A stretch of DNA of 64,000 nucleotides from Eledone cirrhosa (Eukaryota), in NCBI GenBank assembly GCA_964016885.1, contig OZ024742.1, positions 368,466,001 to 368,530,000 of the forward strand, given 5' to 3'. Shown in pieces: positions 18,530 to 32,310 of the stretch. A program made the translations under genes and the position numbers. The notes beneath the pieces are model-generated. The model did not search any database, was not told the origin of the DNA, and saw nothing but the letters and a program-made list of their open reading frames with translations. The first letter of the stretch is position 1. Each line of letters starts with the position of its first letter.

Positions 18530-18735
18530 AGTTTCTGATATAGGCACAAGGCCAACAATTTTGGGGAGGGGGAATCCGATTAAATCAACCTCAGTACATT
18601 ACTGGTACTTTATTTTATCGACCCCGTAAAGTTGAAAGGCAAAACTAATATCGGTGGATTTTGAACTCAGAACGTAAAGGGACGTAAGTATATGACACAA
18701 AGCATGTTGTCCGACGCTCTACCGATTACCGTCAA
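18530..18735 (-). mobile_element. tRNA-derived SINE (family B)
   Basis: Second adjacent diverged copy of the same body. Confidence 0.8.
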
Positions 18736-18777
18736 ATCACAAGTAATAACTGTTTATTTTATTTGTCACACCGGCAT

Positions 18778-19835
18778 CGGGTGGGTGCTCTACTACCACC
18801 CCTTATTGTGACACGGGTGGGTGCTCTACTACCACCCCTTATTGTGCCACGGGTGGGTGCTCTACTACCACCCCTTATTGTGACACGGGTGGGTGCTCTA
18901 TTACCACCCGTTATTGTGACACGGGTGGGTGCTCTACTACCACCCCTTATTGTGACACGGATGGGTGCTCTACTACCACCCGTTATTGTGACACGGGTGG
19001 GTGCTCTACTACCACCCCTTATTGTGACACGGGTGGGTGCTCTACTACCACCCCTTATTGTGACACAGGTCGGTGCTCTACTACCACCCGTTATTGTGAC
19101 ACGGGTGGGTGCTCTACTACCACCCCTTATTGTGACACGGGTGGGTGCTCTACTACCACCCCTTATTGTGACACGGGTGGGTGCTCTACTACCACCCGTT
19201 ATTGTGTCACGGGTAGGTGCTCTACTACCACCCCTTATTGTGACACGGGTGGGTGCTCTACTACCACCCCTTATTGTGACACGGGTGGGTGCTCTACTAC
19301 CACCCGTTATTGTGACACGGGTGGGTGCTCTACTACCACCCCTTATTGTGACACGGGTGGGTGCTCTACTACCACCCCTTATTGTGACACAGGTCGGTGC
19401 TCTACTACCACCCGTTATTGTGACACGGGTGGGTGCTCTACTACCACCCCTTATTGTGACACGGGTGGGTGCTCTACTACCACCCCTTATTGTGACACGG
19501 GTGGGTGCTCTACTACCACCCGTTATTGTGTCACGGGTAGGTGCTCTACTACCACCCCTTATTGTGACACGGGTGGGTGCTCTACTACCACCCGTTATTG
19601 TGACACGGGTGGGTGCTTTACTACCACCCGTTATTGTGACACGGGTGGGTGCTCTACTACCACCCCTTATTGTGACACGGGTGGGTGCTCTACTACCACC
19701 CGTTATTCTGACACGGGTGGGTGCTCTACTACCACCCCTTATTGTGACACGGGTGGGTGCTCTACTACCACCCCTTATTGTGACACGGGTGGGGCACCAC
19801 TGCCACCCGTAGTAGTGACACGGGTGGGGCACCAC
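18778..19835 (+). repeat. 36-bp GC-rich minisatellite (GTGACACGGGTGGGTGCTCTACTACCACCCCTTATT), ~29 copies
   Basis: Directly visible tandem unit; translates as a 12-residue period. Confidence 0.95.
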
Positions 19836-19939
19836 TACCTCCTCTTAAAAAGACCACTAATACTACCACCACTACTACTACTTTACATATCTCGACATAG
19901 CAGAGTATTTTATGTATGAGGATTGCATGGTGTAGAGAG

Positions 19940-19985
19940 AGAGGAGAGTGGGGGACAGAGAGAGAGGAAGACAGATACAGGGAGG

Positions 19986-20061
<76 letters not shown>

Positions 20062-20930
20062 GAGAAAATCAGAGAGAGGTGGGTGAAGAAGGAGAGTGTG
20101 GTGAAAGAGAGACTGTGAAGGGGAAAAAAGTGATTAGAGATGTGTATATGTTTGTGTGTGTATGTTGGTGTGTATGTTTGTGTGTGTGTGTATGTGTGTG
20201 TGTATGTTTGTGTGTATGTTTGTATGTGTGTATGTTTGTGTGTGTATGTTTGTGTGTGTGTATGTTTGTGTGTATGTTTGTGTGTGTGTGTATGTGTGTG
20301 TGTATGTTTGTGTGTATGTTTGTGTGTGTTTGTGTGTATGTTTCTGTGTGTATGTTTGTGTGTGTATGTTTGTGTGTGTGTATGTTTGTGTGTATATGTG
20401 CATGTGTGTGTGTGTGTGTGTATGTTTGTGTGTGTGTATGTTTGTGTGTGTATGTTTGTGTGTATGTTTGTGTGTGTATGTGTGTGTGTATGTTTGTGTG
20501 TACGTTTGTGTGTGTGTTTGTGTGTATGTTTGTGTGTGTATGTTTGTGTGTGTATGTTTATGTGTGTGTATGTTTGTGTGTATGTTTGTATGTGTGTATG
20601 TTTGTGTGTGTATGTTTGTGTGTGTATGTTTGTGTGTGTGTATGTTTGTGTGTATGTTTCTGTGTGTATGTTTGTGTGTGTATGTTTGTGTGTGTGTATG
20701 TTTGTGTGTGTATGTTTGTGTGTGTGTATGTTTGTGTGTGTATGTTTGTGTGTGTATGTTTGTATGTGTATGTATGTTTGTGTGTGAATATGTATGTTTG
20801 CGTGTGTATATTTCTGTGTGTATGAATGTTGGGAGTGTGTTTGTGTGTGTGTATGCTTGTGCGTGTGTGTATCTCTGTATGTATGTTTGTGTGTATCTAT
20901 ATGATTGCGTGTGTGTATATTTGGGTGTAT
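19940..20930. repeat. (GA)n and compound (TG)n/TATGTTTG microsatellite block
   Basis: Directly visible. Confidence 0.9.
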
Positions 20931-21189
20931 AATATATATTTTTTCTTATAATTCTTCCCTTACATTTCCTTACACCCTAATATTGACCTCTCTCTCTTCT
21001 TCCTTTAAATAATGACACTAATATTTATTTAAATTTACCTAGCGTCTAAATGTAACGATCCTTTTCAACTTTACCTCATCCTCATTAACATATTCATCCT
21101 AACATTTGAATTGCTTTCACTATTCAAACAGAACTTAAAACGATAAGTTCTTGTTTTTGAATATGTCACTATCTGTAAAACAACTTTTG

Positions 21190-21236
21190 TATTTTATCTG
21201 ATGAGTGCGTACCCATGAAATATATATAATAAAATA
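21190..21236 (+). ncRNA. Minimal type I hammerhead ribozyme motif
   Basis: Stem I TATTTTAT/ATAAAATA, core CTGATGA (21198-21204), stem II GTG/CAT, GAAA, palindromic stem III ATATATAT, AUA cleavage triplet ending at 21228. Confidence 0.65.
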
Positions 21237-21287
21237 AATATGGTTTTATAAAGATAGCTTCCATTTATTAATATTATTGATCTAATT

Positions 21288-21483
21288 GGAGGCACGTAGC
21301 CTAGTGGTAAGGACTTACGATCATACCGTTGTGGGTTCCATTCCTGGGTGTGGCGTTCTTGAGCAAAACACTTCATTTCACGTTGCCCCAGTATACTCAG
21401 CTGAAAATGAGTACCAGGAATAACTGTGGGCTTAACCCTGCGATGTCCATGAAACTCGGATAAGCACCGGCTTATGACAGACT
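21288..21483 (+). mobile_element. tRNA-derived SINE (family A)
   Basis: A-box-like tagcctagtgg, B-box-like ggttccattcc, then ttcttgagcaaaacacttcatttcacgttgc. Confidence 0.8.
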
Positions 21484-21487
21484 TTAG

Positions 21488-21554
<67 letters not shown>

Positions 21555-21592
21555 AAAAAGTAAAAGAAAATGCTGTCACACCTCTATTTTTT

Positions 21593-21634
<42 letters not shown>

Positions 21635-21994
21635 AATAATCATATTCTCAAAAATATATACACTCACATATATAATAGTTGCTTTTGATGTGGTAAAGCC
21701 TATAACAAGTAAAGCTCAACCTATTATGCAAACGAAAATGTGCATTAAAATGCATCTGCCAATGAAAATTGCATTAAATTATGCAGCTAATGTGCAAAAT
21801 AAATAAAAATCGATACACAAGTTGCTTATGTTTGATGTTTCGGTGTATATATTTTCTATATTGTTTTATGTATCATGTATATACATATACATGTATATAT
21901 ATTTTTATATAATGTATTTATATTGTTTCCAATATTGATATTTCTCATGTTTGGTTTTCACTGCTGTTTATGCATACACATACATATATGTATG

Positions 21995-22031
<37 letters not shown>

Positions 22032-22128
22032 ATATATGTATACACACACACACACACAGACACACACACATATATATATATATGTGTGTGTGTATGTGTG
22101 TGCAGATATGTATGTATATATATGCATG

Positions 22129-22165
<37 letters not shown>

Positions 22166-22177
22166 GCACACACACAT

Positions 22178-22214
<37 letters not shown>

Positions 22215-22372
22215 TCACTTTATCTCTTTATGTATATACATGTGGGTTGGTGTGTATATATATATATATGATGTGTTTAGTATGTATGCAGGTATCTATT
22301 TATCTATTTATCTATCTATCTATCTATTTATTTATCTGTCTATCTATCTATCTGTACATATATATTTATAAA

Positions 22373-23457
22373 CTAGCAGTGGTACCCGGCGTTGTACGGG
22401 ATAAGGTATTTTCGAACGCGGGCCGCCAACAGAACTAATCGTGGAAAAACTGCATGCCAGGACAATATGTAAAGTAAATAAACCGAATACTCTGATGGCT
22501 GGATAATCTAAGATTTTCCTCGATGAAGCAGGAAAAATGCAGGTTTTCACCTAATACGAACCCTAGGAGATCAAGAAAATGAATTTTTTTTATATGTATA
22601 ATATGCTTTGAAATTTCGGGAAAATCGGCTAGATGTAACGCCTCAAAAAAGCCCTAAAAAGCTGAAAATAAATGAAGTTTTTCACCTAATGCCGACTCTA
22701 GGCCATAAAAAAGCTGGATTTTCTTTGCTCACGGTATGAAAAAGAGACTGACTAATACATAGTTACAATTTCAAAGAAATCGGTTTGACGTAACGCCTAA
22801 AAAAAACCATAAAAAGCTGGAAAAACGCAGTTTTTCACGTAATGCGGGCCCTAGGGGATCAAAAAGTTGAATTATAAGTAATACACATGTAAAGTTTAAA
22901 AAAGATCGGTTGGGTACTTCTCGGGTTTTACACACACACACACACACACATACATACACACATGCACACATACACACATACATACACACATGCATACATA
23001 CATACATACATGAACACGACTAGTTAGGTAATTACTAGTACAATCCATTAATGGAACAATAAAAATATGTAAAACATTCCAAAAATTCTGCATCTAATAA
23101 CTGCATATACACTTGTAGAGATACAAAGCATATACACATGCACACATTTCACTCAAAACATACACATCCACATATACAATAACATCCATACCTGCACACA
23201 CATGCGTTCATACATACATACATATCTACCTAGTTGATGTTGTGTAAATTCCAATGAGAGAGTCTTGTATCTATGTTAGAAACCGACTCTTTCTCTACAG
23301 GCAAATATTTGCGAAATTACAAAACCAGAAGAACATACATACATACATACATACATACATACATACATACATACATACATACATACATACATACATACAT
23401 ACATACATACACACATACATACATCCTTCCTCAGTTTTATATATATACATATATAGA
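22373..23457 (-). mobile_element. Non-autonomous Helitron
   Basis: The minus strand starts A|TCTATATATG and ends with the GC hairpin CCCGTACAACGCCGGG followed by ...CTAG|T. This gives the canonical TC...CTAG termini in an AT target, with no TSD. Confidence 0.75.
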
Positions 23458-23890
23458 TTAAAATAACAGATTAAAGTTTAAGCAAAGAATCGCTGCTTTC
23501 ACCCTTAACGGGATCTTCTGAAACAAAAAAAAAATCAATCTGTGAACGCAGAAGTAAATATTTCGAAAAACGTTGCAACCGAAGGAAAACAGGAAGACGA
23601 TACTTTGGTTCGTGAAGACGTTCCCTGGCAATGAACGGATAATAGCGAACATAGTACGTCATCAATGTTCGTCAGAATGTCGTAATGCAGACAGCCAGGC
23701 ATACAGACAGATATTATAAGAGCACTACGGAGATGGATAACCGGCGCCTAACACCCCTTTAACAACAGAAAATTGAAAAATAAAAGCCGCAGTCAATATC
23801 TTTACACCGCAAGGAATATATAAATGCAAGTTTTAAGTCAATCGGAGTAGAAATGTGGATTTGTATAGACTTTGCAAAAATGAGAACACA

Positions 23891-23968
<78 letters not shown>

Positions 23969-23972
23969 GACA

Positions 23973-24021
<49 letters not shown>

Positions 24022-24166
24022 ACACACACACACAGACACACACACACACACAGACACACACACACACACACACACATATAAATATATATCACCCCACTCT
24101 CAATCGTGAACCTAATACCAACATTGTACTGCACTCTTTGTTATTGTTTTTGTTTTTTTTTCTTTG

Positions 24167-24251
<85 letters not shown>

Positions 24252-24261
24252 ACATATATAT

Positions 24262-25218
24262 ACTAGACATGAAAAATGCGCAAGCTCAAAAGTGCCACAA
24301 AATGTTATAATAAACCTTCAAAAGTGTGGGACTAGAGTTGTTGCTAAAAAATATTGTAATCATTATATATCGTACATTCTGTGGCATCCTTTATAAAAAT
24401 AGCTTAAACCAACGAAGCCTTTATTTTTACGCTATTTCACTTAGTTAATTCTTAGAGTGTAACATATAAAAATATGATTTACAACTATAAAATAAATTAA
24501 TTAATATAATAACAGAGCTGCGGAGCTGAAATTTAGGAAATAATGGAGTATCGGATCCTGAGTTGGAGCCAGTCAATTTTTGACCGACTCCGCAGCCCTG
24601 TATAATACATTTCATATTAAAGTTATTAATAAACCTATTTTACACTTCATGCAAATTACCACGAGATATTGATATTAGATATAAGATACAGCGCAATATC
24701 TACAGCTGTAAAAGTACGAAAGCGAAGTAATAATAAGTGGCTTAAGGTAATTCCAATATGAAAGTTTGTAGTGATAAAAATTTGATAATGCAATACGATT
24801 GTTAATATTATAGTTCTATGAAAATGTAACAATAGATAACTAAATTATTTTACTATTAGTATATTTAAGAAATTATCATTATAGATTTGATCGTTCATAT
24901 AAGCATCATATTAAGTTTCAACACAATTATTTTGTTACTATGAGTATATGATAATAATATTACGTAATTATTTATAGCTGTTATTACATTAAACATAGAT
25001 GTATTTATTTTTATATGTTACACTCTAAGAATTAACTAAGTGAAATAGCGTAAAAATAAAGGCTTCGTTGGTTTAAGCTATTTTTATAAAGGATGCCACA
25101 GAATGTACGATATATAATGATTACAATATTTTTTAGCAACAACTCTAGTCCCACACTTTTGAAGGTTTATTATAACATTATGTGGCACTTTTGAGCTTGC
25201 GCATTTTTCATGTCTAGT
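24262..25218. repeat. Fold-back element: ~210-bp inverted repeats (24262-24472 / 25007-25218)
   Basis: The arms are near-perfect reverse complements (actagacatgaaaaatgcgcaagc... / ...gcttgcgcatttttcatgtctagt). Confidence 0.9.
24513..24600. mobile_element. hAT-type MITE
   Basis: TIRs CAGAGCTGCGGAG / CTCCGCAGCCCTG. Flanking 8-mers TATAATAA / TATAATAC match 7/8, consistent with an 8-bp TSD. Confidence 0.7.
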
Positions 25219-26879
25219 TTAATATTTTTTTAAGGCAACGCTTGTAATAACTCTAGTTAAACAGGATATATATTAATAATAAATTATCGTTGTAATGTAA
25301 TTAGATTATGTAATTGTTATTATAAATTATCTTATAAATATTAGTGTAAGATGTATAAAAATATTTTCAGACTTTTAATATAAACAACTACAAAAAACAA
25401 TCAATATTAAATCAATATATTATACATAATAGAAAACATAAAATATACAATACAAAAACAAAATATTTACATACATTTGCAATTATCAGTGTATATACAT
25501 TTTCTTTATATTCCCTGAGCAAATTAATAAGATTTGTTTTTATTGTACATAATTTGATGACTTGTTGGAGTGTATTAAAAGATAGCAACAATTTGTGATT
25601 AAATTGTTATCTTAAGCAACTCACTTTTTAATAGTTGTTGGCTGAGCGAAATTGTAAAAGCCTATGAGCAAATATAAAAAAAAATACACAAACAACATTT
25701 CCTTGTGTTATTACAACATTAGATAAAATAATTGAGCAATTATTGAAACAATTCAATTTGAAAGTCGTCTAGTGACAGTGTATTACTGGTACTTTATTTT
25801 ATCGACCCCGTAACGATGAAAGGCAAAAATGCAAATGCTTAAAATTTAAATTGCCTTAATTCTATCGTCTGCTGTTTCATTAAAGGGAGATTATCGTCTG
25901 TATTTAATTCTATCGTCTACTGTTCCACTAAACAGATATACCTCCACTATCGTCTCTATTTATACATTTTAACTTATAACTTATACACATTTGATTTGAA
26001 ATATTTTATCTAGTCCCCCCTCTCAATATTATGATGATTTCTTTCGAATGAAACAGTTCTAGTCCTGTAGAAGCCATTTATATATATAATTGAACTGAGT
26101 TAAAAATTCACAATATTTATAATTAAATAAGCTCATATATATATGTGTGTATTTATCTGTTTATTGTATTATATATAATGTGTGTATATACAGGATGTCC
26201 CCCAAAAATATATACACACTTCAACAGCATTCTAATAACTATTGCCTGTACAGGTAATCAAAGTGTCAATCGAATGTTAGTTTCGTGTTTTAACAGTACA
26301 AATTTACAATACACACATAAAACCAGTGTATATACATACATGAATGTGTATACACATACATGAATGTGTATATACAATATATATGTATATATATATAGAC
26401 ACATATATTCACGGTGCAACGGTACATTAAAATATAGATGCGGGAGAGGGGGTGTATATATAGGGGCGCTGGGGATAAAGGAGTGTAAAGCGTGTGTAAT
26501 TGATATATTGAAGGAGAGGAGCGTGCAGCGATAGAGTAACAAATATATAGAGAGGGGGAGAGATGGTATTGAAGGGGAGGAGTGCAAAGCGAAAGAGTAA
26601 GAGATATATATAGAGACGGAACAGATAGAGAGAAACAGGCGTAAGTAACAGTGGAAGAGATATAGAGAGAGGTACTCTGATTGGTTGAAAATTAGCCAAT
26701 GACATACGATCACCACCACCACGGCTATCCCCGAAAAATTTTTAAAGAAGCTAGGCATATATGTTAGAACACGAAAAGTGAACATTCTGTGTTTCACACT
26801 TTTCGTGTTCTAACAGATATTTAAATGTAAACAGGATATGTTAGGCCCTTGTGACATTGGAATAGCTTCACACCTGTAA

Positions 26880-27260
26880 TAAAACATACACAAACATACA
26901 GATACACACAAGCATACATACACACACAAACATACATACACATACAAATATACATACACATTCAAACATACACCCAAATATACACACACAAACACACTCC
27001 CAAACATAAATACACACATAAATATACACACGCAAACATACATACTCACACGCAAACACACACAAATATACACAAACACACACACATACACACACAAACA
27101 TACACACACACACAAATAAAACATACACACAGAAACATACACACAGACATACACACAGACATACACACACAGACATACACACACAAACATACACACATCT
27201 CTAATCACTTTTTTTCCTTTCACAGTCTCTCTTTCACCACACTCTCCTTCTTCATCCACA

Positions 27261-27292
<32 letters not shown>

Positions 27293-27445
27293 CCCCACTC
27301 TCCCCTCTCTCTCTGTCCCCCACTCTCCCCTCTCTCTACACCATGCAATCCTCATACATAAAATACTCTGCTATGTCGAGCTATGTAAAGTAGTAGTAGT
27401 GGTGGTAGTATTAGTGGTCTTTTTAAGAGGTAGTGGTGCCCCACC
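26880..27445 (-). repeat. Inverted copy of 19813-20930 (unique spacer + GA + TG block)
   Basis: 27340-27440 is the reverse complement of 19820-19935, and 27190-27260 of 20080-20150. Confidence 0.9.
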
Positions 27446-29346
27446 CGTGGCACAATAACGGGTGGTAGTAGAGCACCCACCCGTGTCACAATAACGGGTG
27501 GTAGTAGAGCACCCACCCGTGGCACAATAACGGGTGGTAGTAGAGCACCCACCCGTGGCACAATAACGGGTGGTAGTAGAGCACCCACCCGTGCACTATA
27601 ACGGGTGGTAGTAGAGCACCCACCCGTGCACTATAACGGGTGGTAGTAGAGCACCCACCCGTGTCACAATAAGGGGTGGTAGTAGAGAACCCACCCGTGT
27701 CACAATAACGGGTGGTAGTAGAGCACCCACCCGTGTCACAATAAGGGGTGGAAGTAGAGCACCCACCCGTGGCACAATAACGGGTGGTAGTAGAGCACCC
27801 ACCCGTGTCACAATAAGGGGTGGAAGTAGAGCACCCACCCGTGGCACAATAACGGGTGGTAGTAGAGAACCCACCCGTGTCACAATAAGGGGTGGTAGTA
27901 GAGCACCCACCCGTGTCACAATAAGGGGTGGTAGTAGAGAACCCACCCGTGTCACAATAACGGGTGGTAGTAGAGCACCCACCCGTGTCACAATGAGGGG
28001 TGGAAGTAGAGCACCCACCCGTGGCACAATAACGGGTGGTAGTAGAGAACCCACCCGTGTCACAATAACGGGTGGTAGTAGAGAACCCACCCGTGTCACA
28101 ATAACGGGTGGTAGTAGAGCACCCACCCGTGTCACAATAAGGGGTGGTAGTAGAGAACCCACCCGTGTCACAATAAGGGGTGGTAGTAGAGAACCCACCC
28201 GTGTCACAATAACGGGTGGTAGTAGAGCACCCACCCGTGTCACAATAAGGGGTGGTAGTAGAGCACCCACCCGTGTCACAATAAGGGGTGGTAGTAGAGC
28301 ACCCACCCGTGTCACAATAAGGGGTGGAAGTAGAGCACCCACCCGTGACACAATAAGGGGTGGTAGTAGAGCACCCACCCGTGTCACAATAACGGGTGGT
28401 AGTAGAGAACCCACCCGTGCACTATAACGGGTGGTAGTAGAGAACCCACCCGTGCACTATAACGGGTGGTAGTAGAGCACCCACCCGTGTCACAATAACG
28501 GGTGGTAGTAGAGAACCCACCCGTGCACTATAACGGGTGGTAGTAGAGCACCCACCCGTGTCACAATAACGGGTGGTAGTAGAGAACCCACCCGTGGCAC
28601 AATAAGGGGTGGTAGTAGAGAACCCACCCGTGCACTATAACGGGTGGTAGTAGAGAACCCACCCGTGCACTATAACGGGTGGTAGTAGAGCACCCACCCG
28701 TGGCACAATAACGGGTGGTAGTAGAACCCCGACCAGTGTCTCAATTAAGGGTGGCAGTAGAGCCCCCACCCGTGTCACAATAACGGGTGGTAGTGGTTCC
28801 CCACCCGTGTCTCAATAACGGGTGGTAGTGGGTCCCCAAACTTGTCACAATAAGGGGTGGTAGTAGAGCCCCCACCCGTGTCACTATAACTGGTGGTAGT
28901 AGAACCGCCACCCATGTCACAATATGGGGTGGCAGTGGTGCCCCACCCGTGTCACAATAAGAGGTGGCAGTAGAGCCCCCACCCGTGTCACAATAACGGG
29001 TGTTAGTCGTTCCCCACCCGTGTCACAATAACGGGTGCTAGTGGTTCCCCACCCGTGTCACAATAACGGGTGGTAGTGGTGCCCCACTCGTGTCACAATA
29101 ACGGGTGGAAGTAGAGCACGCAACCGTGTCACAATAACGGGTCGTAGTGGTGACCCAACCCGTGTCACAATAAGGGGTGGCAGTGGTGCCCCACCCGTGT
29201 CACAATAAGGGGTGGCATGGTGCCCCACCCGTGTCACGATAAGAGGTGGCAGTGGTGCCGCACCCCTGTCACAATAACGGGTGGTGGTAGAGCCCCCACC
29301 CGTGTCACAATAAGGGGTTGGTAGTAGAGCCCCCACCCGTGTCACA
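27430..29346 (-). repeat. 36-bp minisatellite, inverted orientation, ~53 copies, degenerate beyond ~28720
   Basis: Reverse complement of the 18778-19835 unit. Confidence 0.95.
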
Positions 29347-29347
29347 A

Positions 29348-29505
29348 AACGCCATGTTTTGACGCGAAGTGTTACGGCCCTTTCCATTCTGAGTTCAAAT
29401 CCTGCCGATGTTAACTTTGCCTTTCATCTTTACAGGGTGGATAAAATAAAGTACCAGTAATGCACTGGGATAATTGCTGGCCTTGTCCCAAAAGTAGGAA
29501 CAATT
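29348..29505 (+). mobile_element. tRNA-derived SINE (family B), 5'-truncated
   Basis: gagttcaaatcctgccgatgttaactttgcctttcatc...aaataaagtaccag. Confidence 0.8.
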
Positions 29506-29854
29506 ATTATATATATATATGGACAATGTACGAAGCAGAATGTTCAGAGTTTGAAGCGATGAGAATCTATGTAATTATATGAGTATAAAGAAAGTGCTGT
29601 AGCACAGAAATGGTGTAAAGATTATAAATTAGGGTGAACTACCGGTATGAAGATTTGAACACCATATTTTCCAGATGGCGGCTAGAAGACATCTGAAAGA
29701 TATGGGCTTACAATTCCTCACGGTGGCCAATGACAAATTTTTTTTTCGTCTTTTAAAGGTCTTCACCCAATTTCATAACCAATCTTTATAGTATTTCTGC
29801 GCCTGGATACTCACTTTATACTCATAAAATTAAATAAATATATGTTAAATATAT

Positions 29855-29941
<87 letters not shown>

Positions 29942-30067
29942 CATACAGAAAACGCCAACATCAACAGTTTTGCAAGAGATGTCAACTTGAATGGACAGGT
30001 TATTTTTATCTAAAGACATTTTTCCAATTCCAACCTGTCCCTTCAATCTATCTTATTTCTCATTCTT

Positions 30068-30103
30068 TCTTCTGATGAAGGATTAGCGTCCGAAACGTTG
30101 AGA
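30068..30103 (+). ncRNA. Minimal type I hammerhead ribozyme motif
   Basis: Stem I TCTT/GAGA, core CTGATGA (30072-30078), stem II GGA/TCC, GAAA, palindromic AACGTT, GUU triplet. It lies in a ~250-bp unique block between (TA)n runs. Confidence 0.6.
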
Positions 30104-30180
30104 CCCTCTTCCTGCTATTTTAAGCGTTAACCTAATATATTCCTTCCATATACTGTACCGATTGTGTTGTTATTTCTCTT

Positions 30181-30253
<73 letters not shown>

Positions 30254-30339
30254 TATATGAAGTAATTCCATCGGAAAAGTCCAGGAAAAAAGAGTGCTCT
30301 ATGTAGGCAACAGAGCTTAATTATTATTATTATGTAATA

Positions 30340-30710
30340 AACAACATAAGGCAATTATTCCATTTACCAGTGGTTTCTTAAAAGCAAAAGGTTTTGCTTT
30401 CAATCCTCAGAATGAAAAAATCCTGGTTTGTTTATTGAATTTGGATTATAAAAACAAAAATGCAATCTATATGAAAGTGAGGCTGGAGAAGGGAGAAGGA
30501 AAGGAAAAATAAAATAAAACTACACATGCAAACACACACACAAAAAAACACAAAAGCATACTTACACACACATACATATATACATATATATATGCACGCA
30601 TACATATATACATATACACATATATATAAAACGTACACTTACATACACATATATACACACATATACACATACATACATTAATACATATACACACACACAC
30701 ACACACGCAT

Positions 30711-30747
<37 letters not shown>

Positions 30748-31152
30748 CATATACACACATACACATACACACACATACACATGTGTGTGTACAAGCATAC
30801 ACATACACAAACATAGCCATACACACACACATATATATACACATACATACATTCACACAAACATACAAAACGTACATACATACATGAATGCACTCCTCTA
30901 CATATTCACACACGCAAATAAATATAAGAAAAAAATATATATATATATATATTAAAAAATTTTTGACACCGATACATGACCCAGCTAACAGGACAGACAC
31001 GCGTGGTAAGTAATACACACAAAAGCACGTATATATAGTAGTAAAGTAATAAAGCAACATAAGGCAATTATTCCATTCACCAGAGGTTTCTTAAAAGCAA
31101 AAAATGTTTCCTTCAATCTTCAGAATGAAAAAAATGAAAAAAACCTGGTTTA
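30340..31152 (+). repeat. Direct repeat pair (~90 bp; 30340-30430 and 31055-31152)
   Basis: aacataaggcaattattccatt.accag.ggtttcttaaaagcaaaa...cagaatgaaaaaa...cctggttt occurs twice. Confidence 0.8.
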
Positions 31153-31207
31153 TCCACATATACATACATATACACACACAAATATACATATATATACACA
31201 TACACAT

Positions 31208-31284
<77 letters not shown>

Positions 31285-31531
31285 CATATATACACATACA
31301 TATATATACATATATATATACACACAAAGGTATGTGAAGGGCAAAAAAATGTCTTATATATATATATATATATATAAGCAAGATGTATGGTAGGTCGTAT
31401 GTGAATCGCGATGATCACGTCTGACCTACCAAATATGCGACGGTAGCTAGTTAAGCTCTATGCGTATAAGCAGAGCAGAAATATTAATGAAAAAGAACAA
31501 AGGAACTATTATGACATTATAACAAGTTTAT

Positions 31532-31578
31532 TGCCGACAGCCGTTTCGTCCGACCACATGGTGGGACATTTCAAGGCA
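31532..31578 (-). ncRNA. Hammerhead-like motif with variant core, followed by AATAAA
   Basis: Minus strand: TGCC-TTGAAAT-GTCC(caccatgtggtc)GGAC-GAAA-CGGCT-GTC-GGCA-ATAAA. The stems and GUC triplet are present, but the core deviates from CUGANGA. Confidence 0.55.
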
Positions 31579-32310
31579 TATAACATTTGATTGTAAGTTC
31601 ATTATTTACATCAACGTATCACTTAAGACTAGCAGTTTGAAATTGTGGTATACATCAGCAGCTCCGCTTGTATATTTGGGATCTATATTCTAAGGGGGCT
31701 CTTTTATATTAGTTGTCGGAATTGTAAATGGGATGGGTTATGGGGAGTTAAGAGAATTTGAAAATGGCCTGAGAGTCAAGGATTGAAGGTTAAAAATTAG
31801 ATAATTTATAATTTACGCATTAAAAGTAAAAGACTTGGGATCTCATAGAAGCACCTTAAAAAATCCCTCAATAAGTGCATAAAGCTTACAAGCCCCAATA
31901 AACTTAACAAACTAGAAGAGATTAAGAGACTAATAAAATAAAATAAAATAAAAAAATAAAGATATAAAGTTTCCCTAAAAAAATATAAAGTTTCCCAAGA
32001 AGTTCCCTCGAGAGAAAAAAATTTCTTTCGAAAGAAAAAAAAAAAACTTTCTTCCCCAGAGATCTCGTTAAAAAATTTTCGGAAAATTTACGAAGTTTTG
32101 ATAATCTCTACTAAGTTGAAAGAAACTAATCAATTAAAGGTTAATTCAAAAAGCCTTCAATAAACCCCTCAGAAAAGGCCCCTTTAATATTTTTAATAGG
32201 AACCTCCTCCGAGAGACCCTTCGAAGAATTAAAATTTTAGAGACCCTTTAAGGATATATATAAACGAATTGAGGAAAATTATAAATTAAAAGTTAAAAAT
32301 TACGGGGGAA

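Noticed and set aside
21288-21360. Possible tRNA genes at SINE heads
   Set aside because: A/B boxes continue into repeated SINE bodies, with no complete cloverleaf.
26762-26815. 19-bp hairpin as a terminator
   Set aside because: Eukaryotic context with no associated gene; probably part of a repeat I cannot classify.
18759-29387. ORFs with VTRVGALLPPLI / TIRGGSRAPTRV repeats
   Set aside because: Minisatellite translations in both orientations.
29578-29825. Degenerate inverted repeat with CTGAAAGA, possible hammerhead
   Set aside because: The arms are very diverged and there is no GAAA/NUH with pairing stems.
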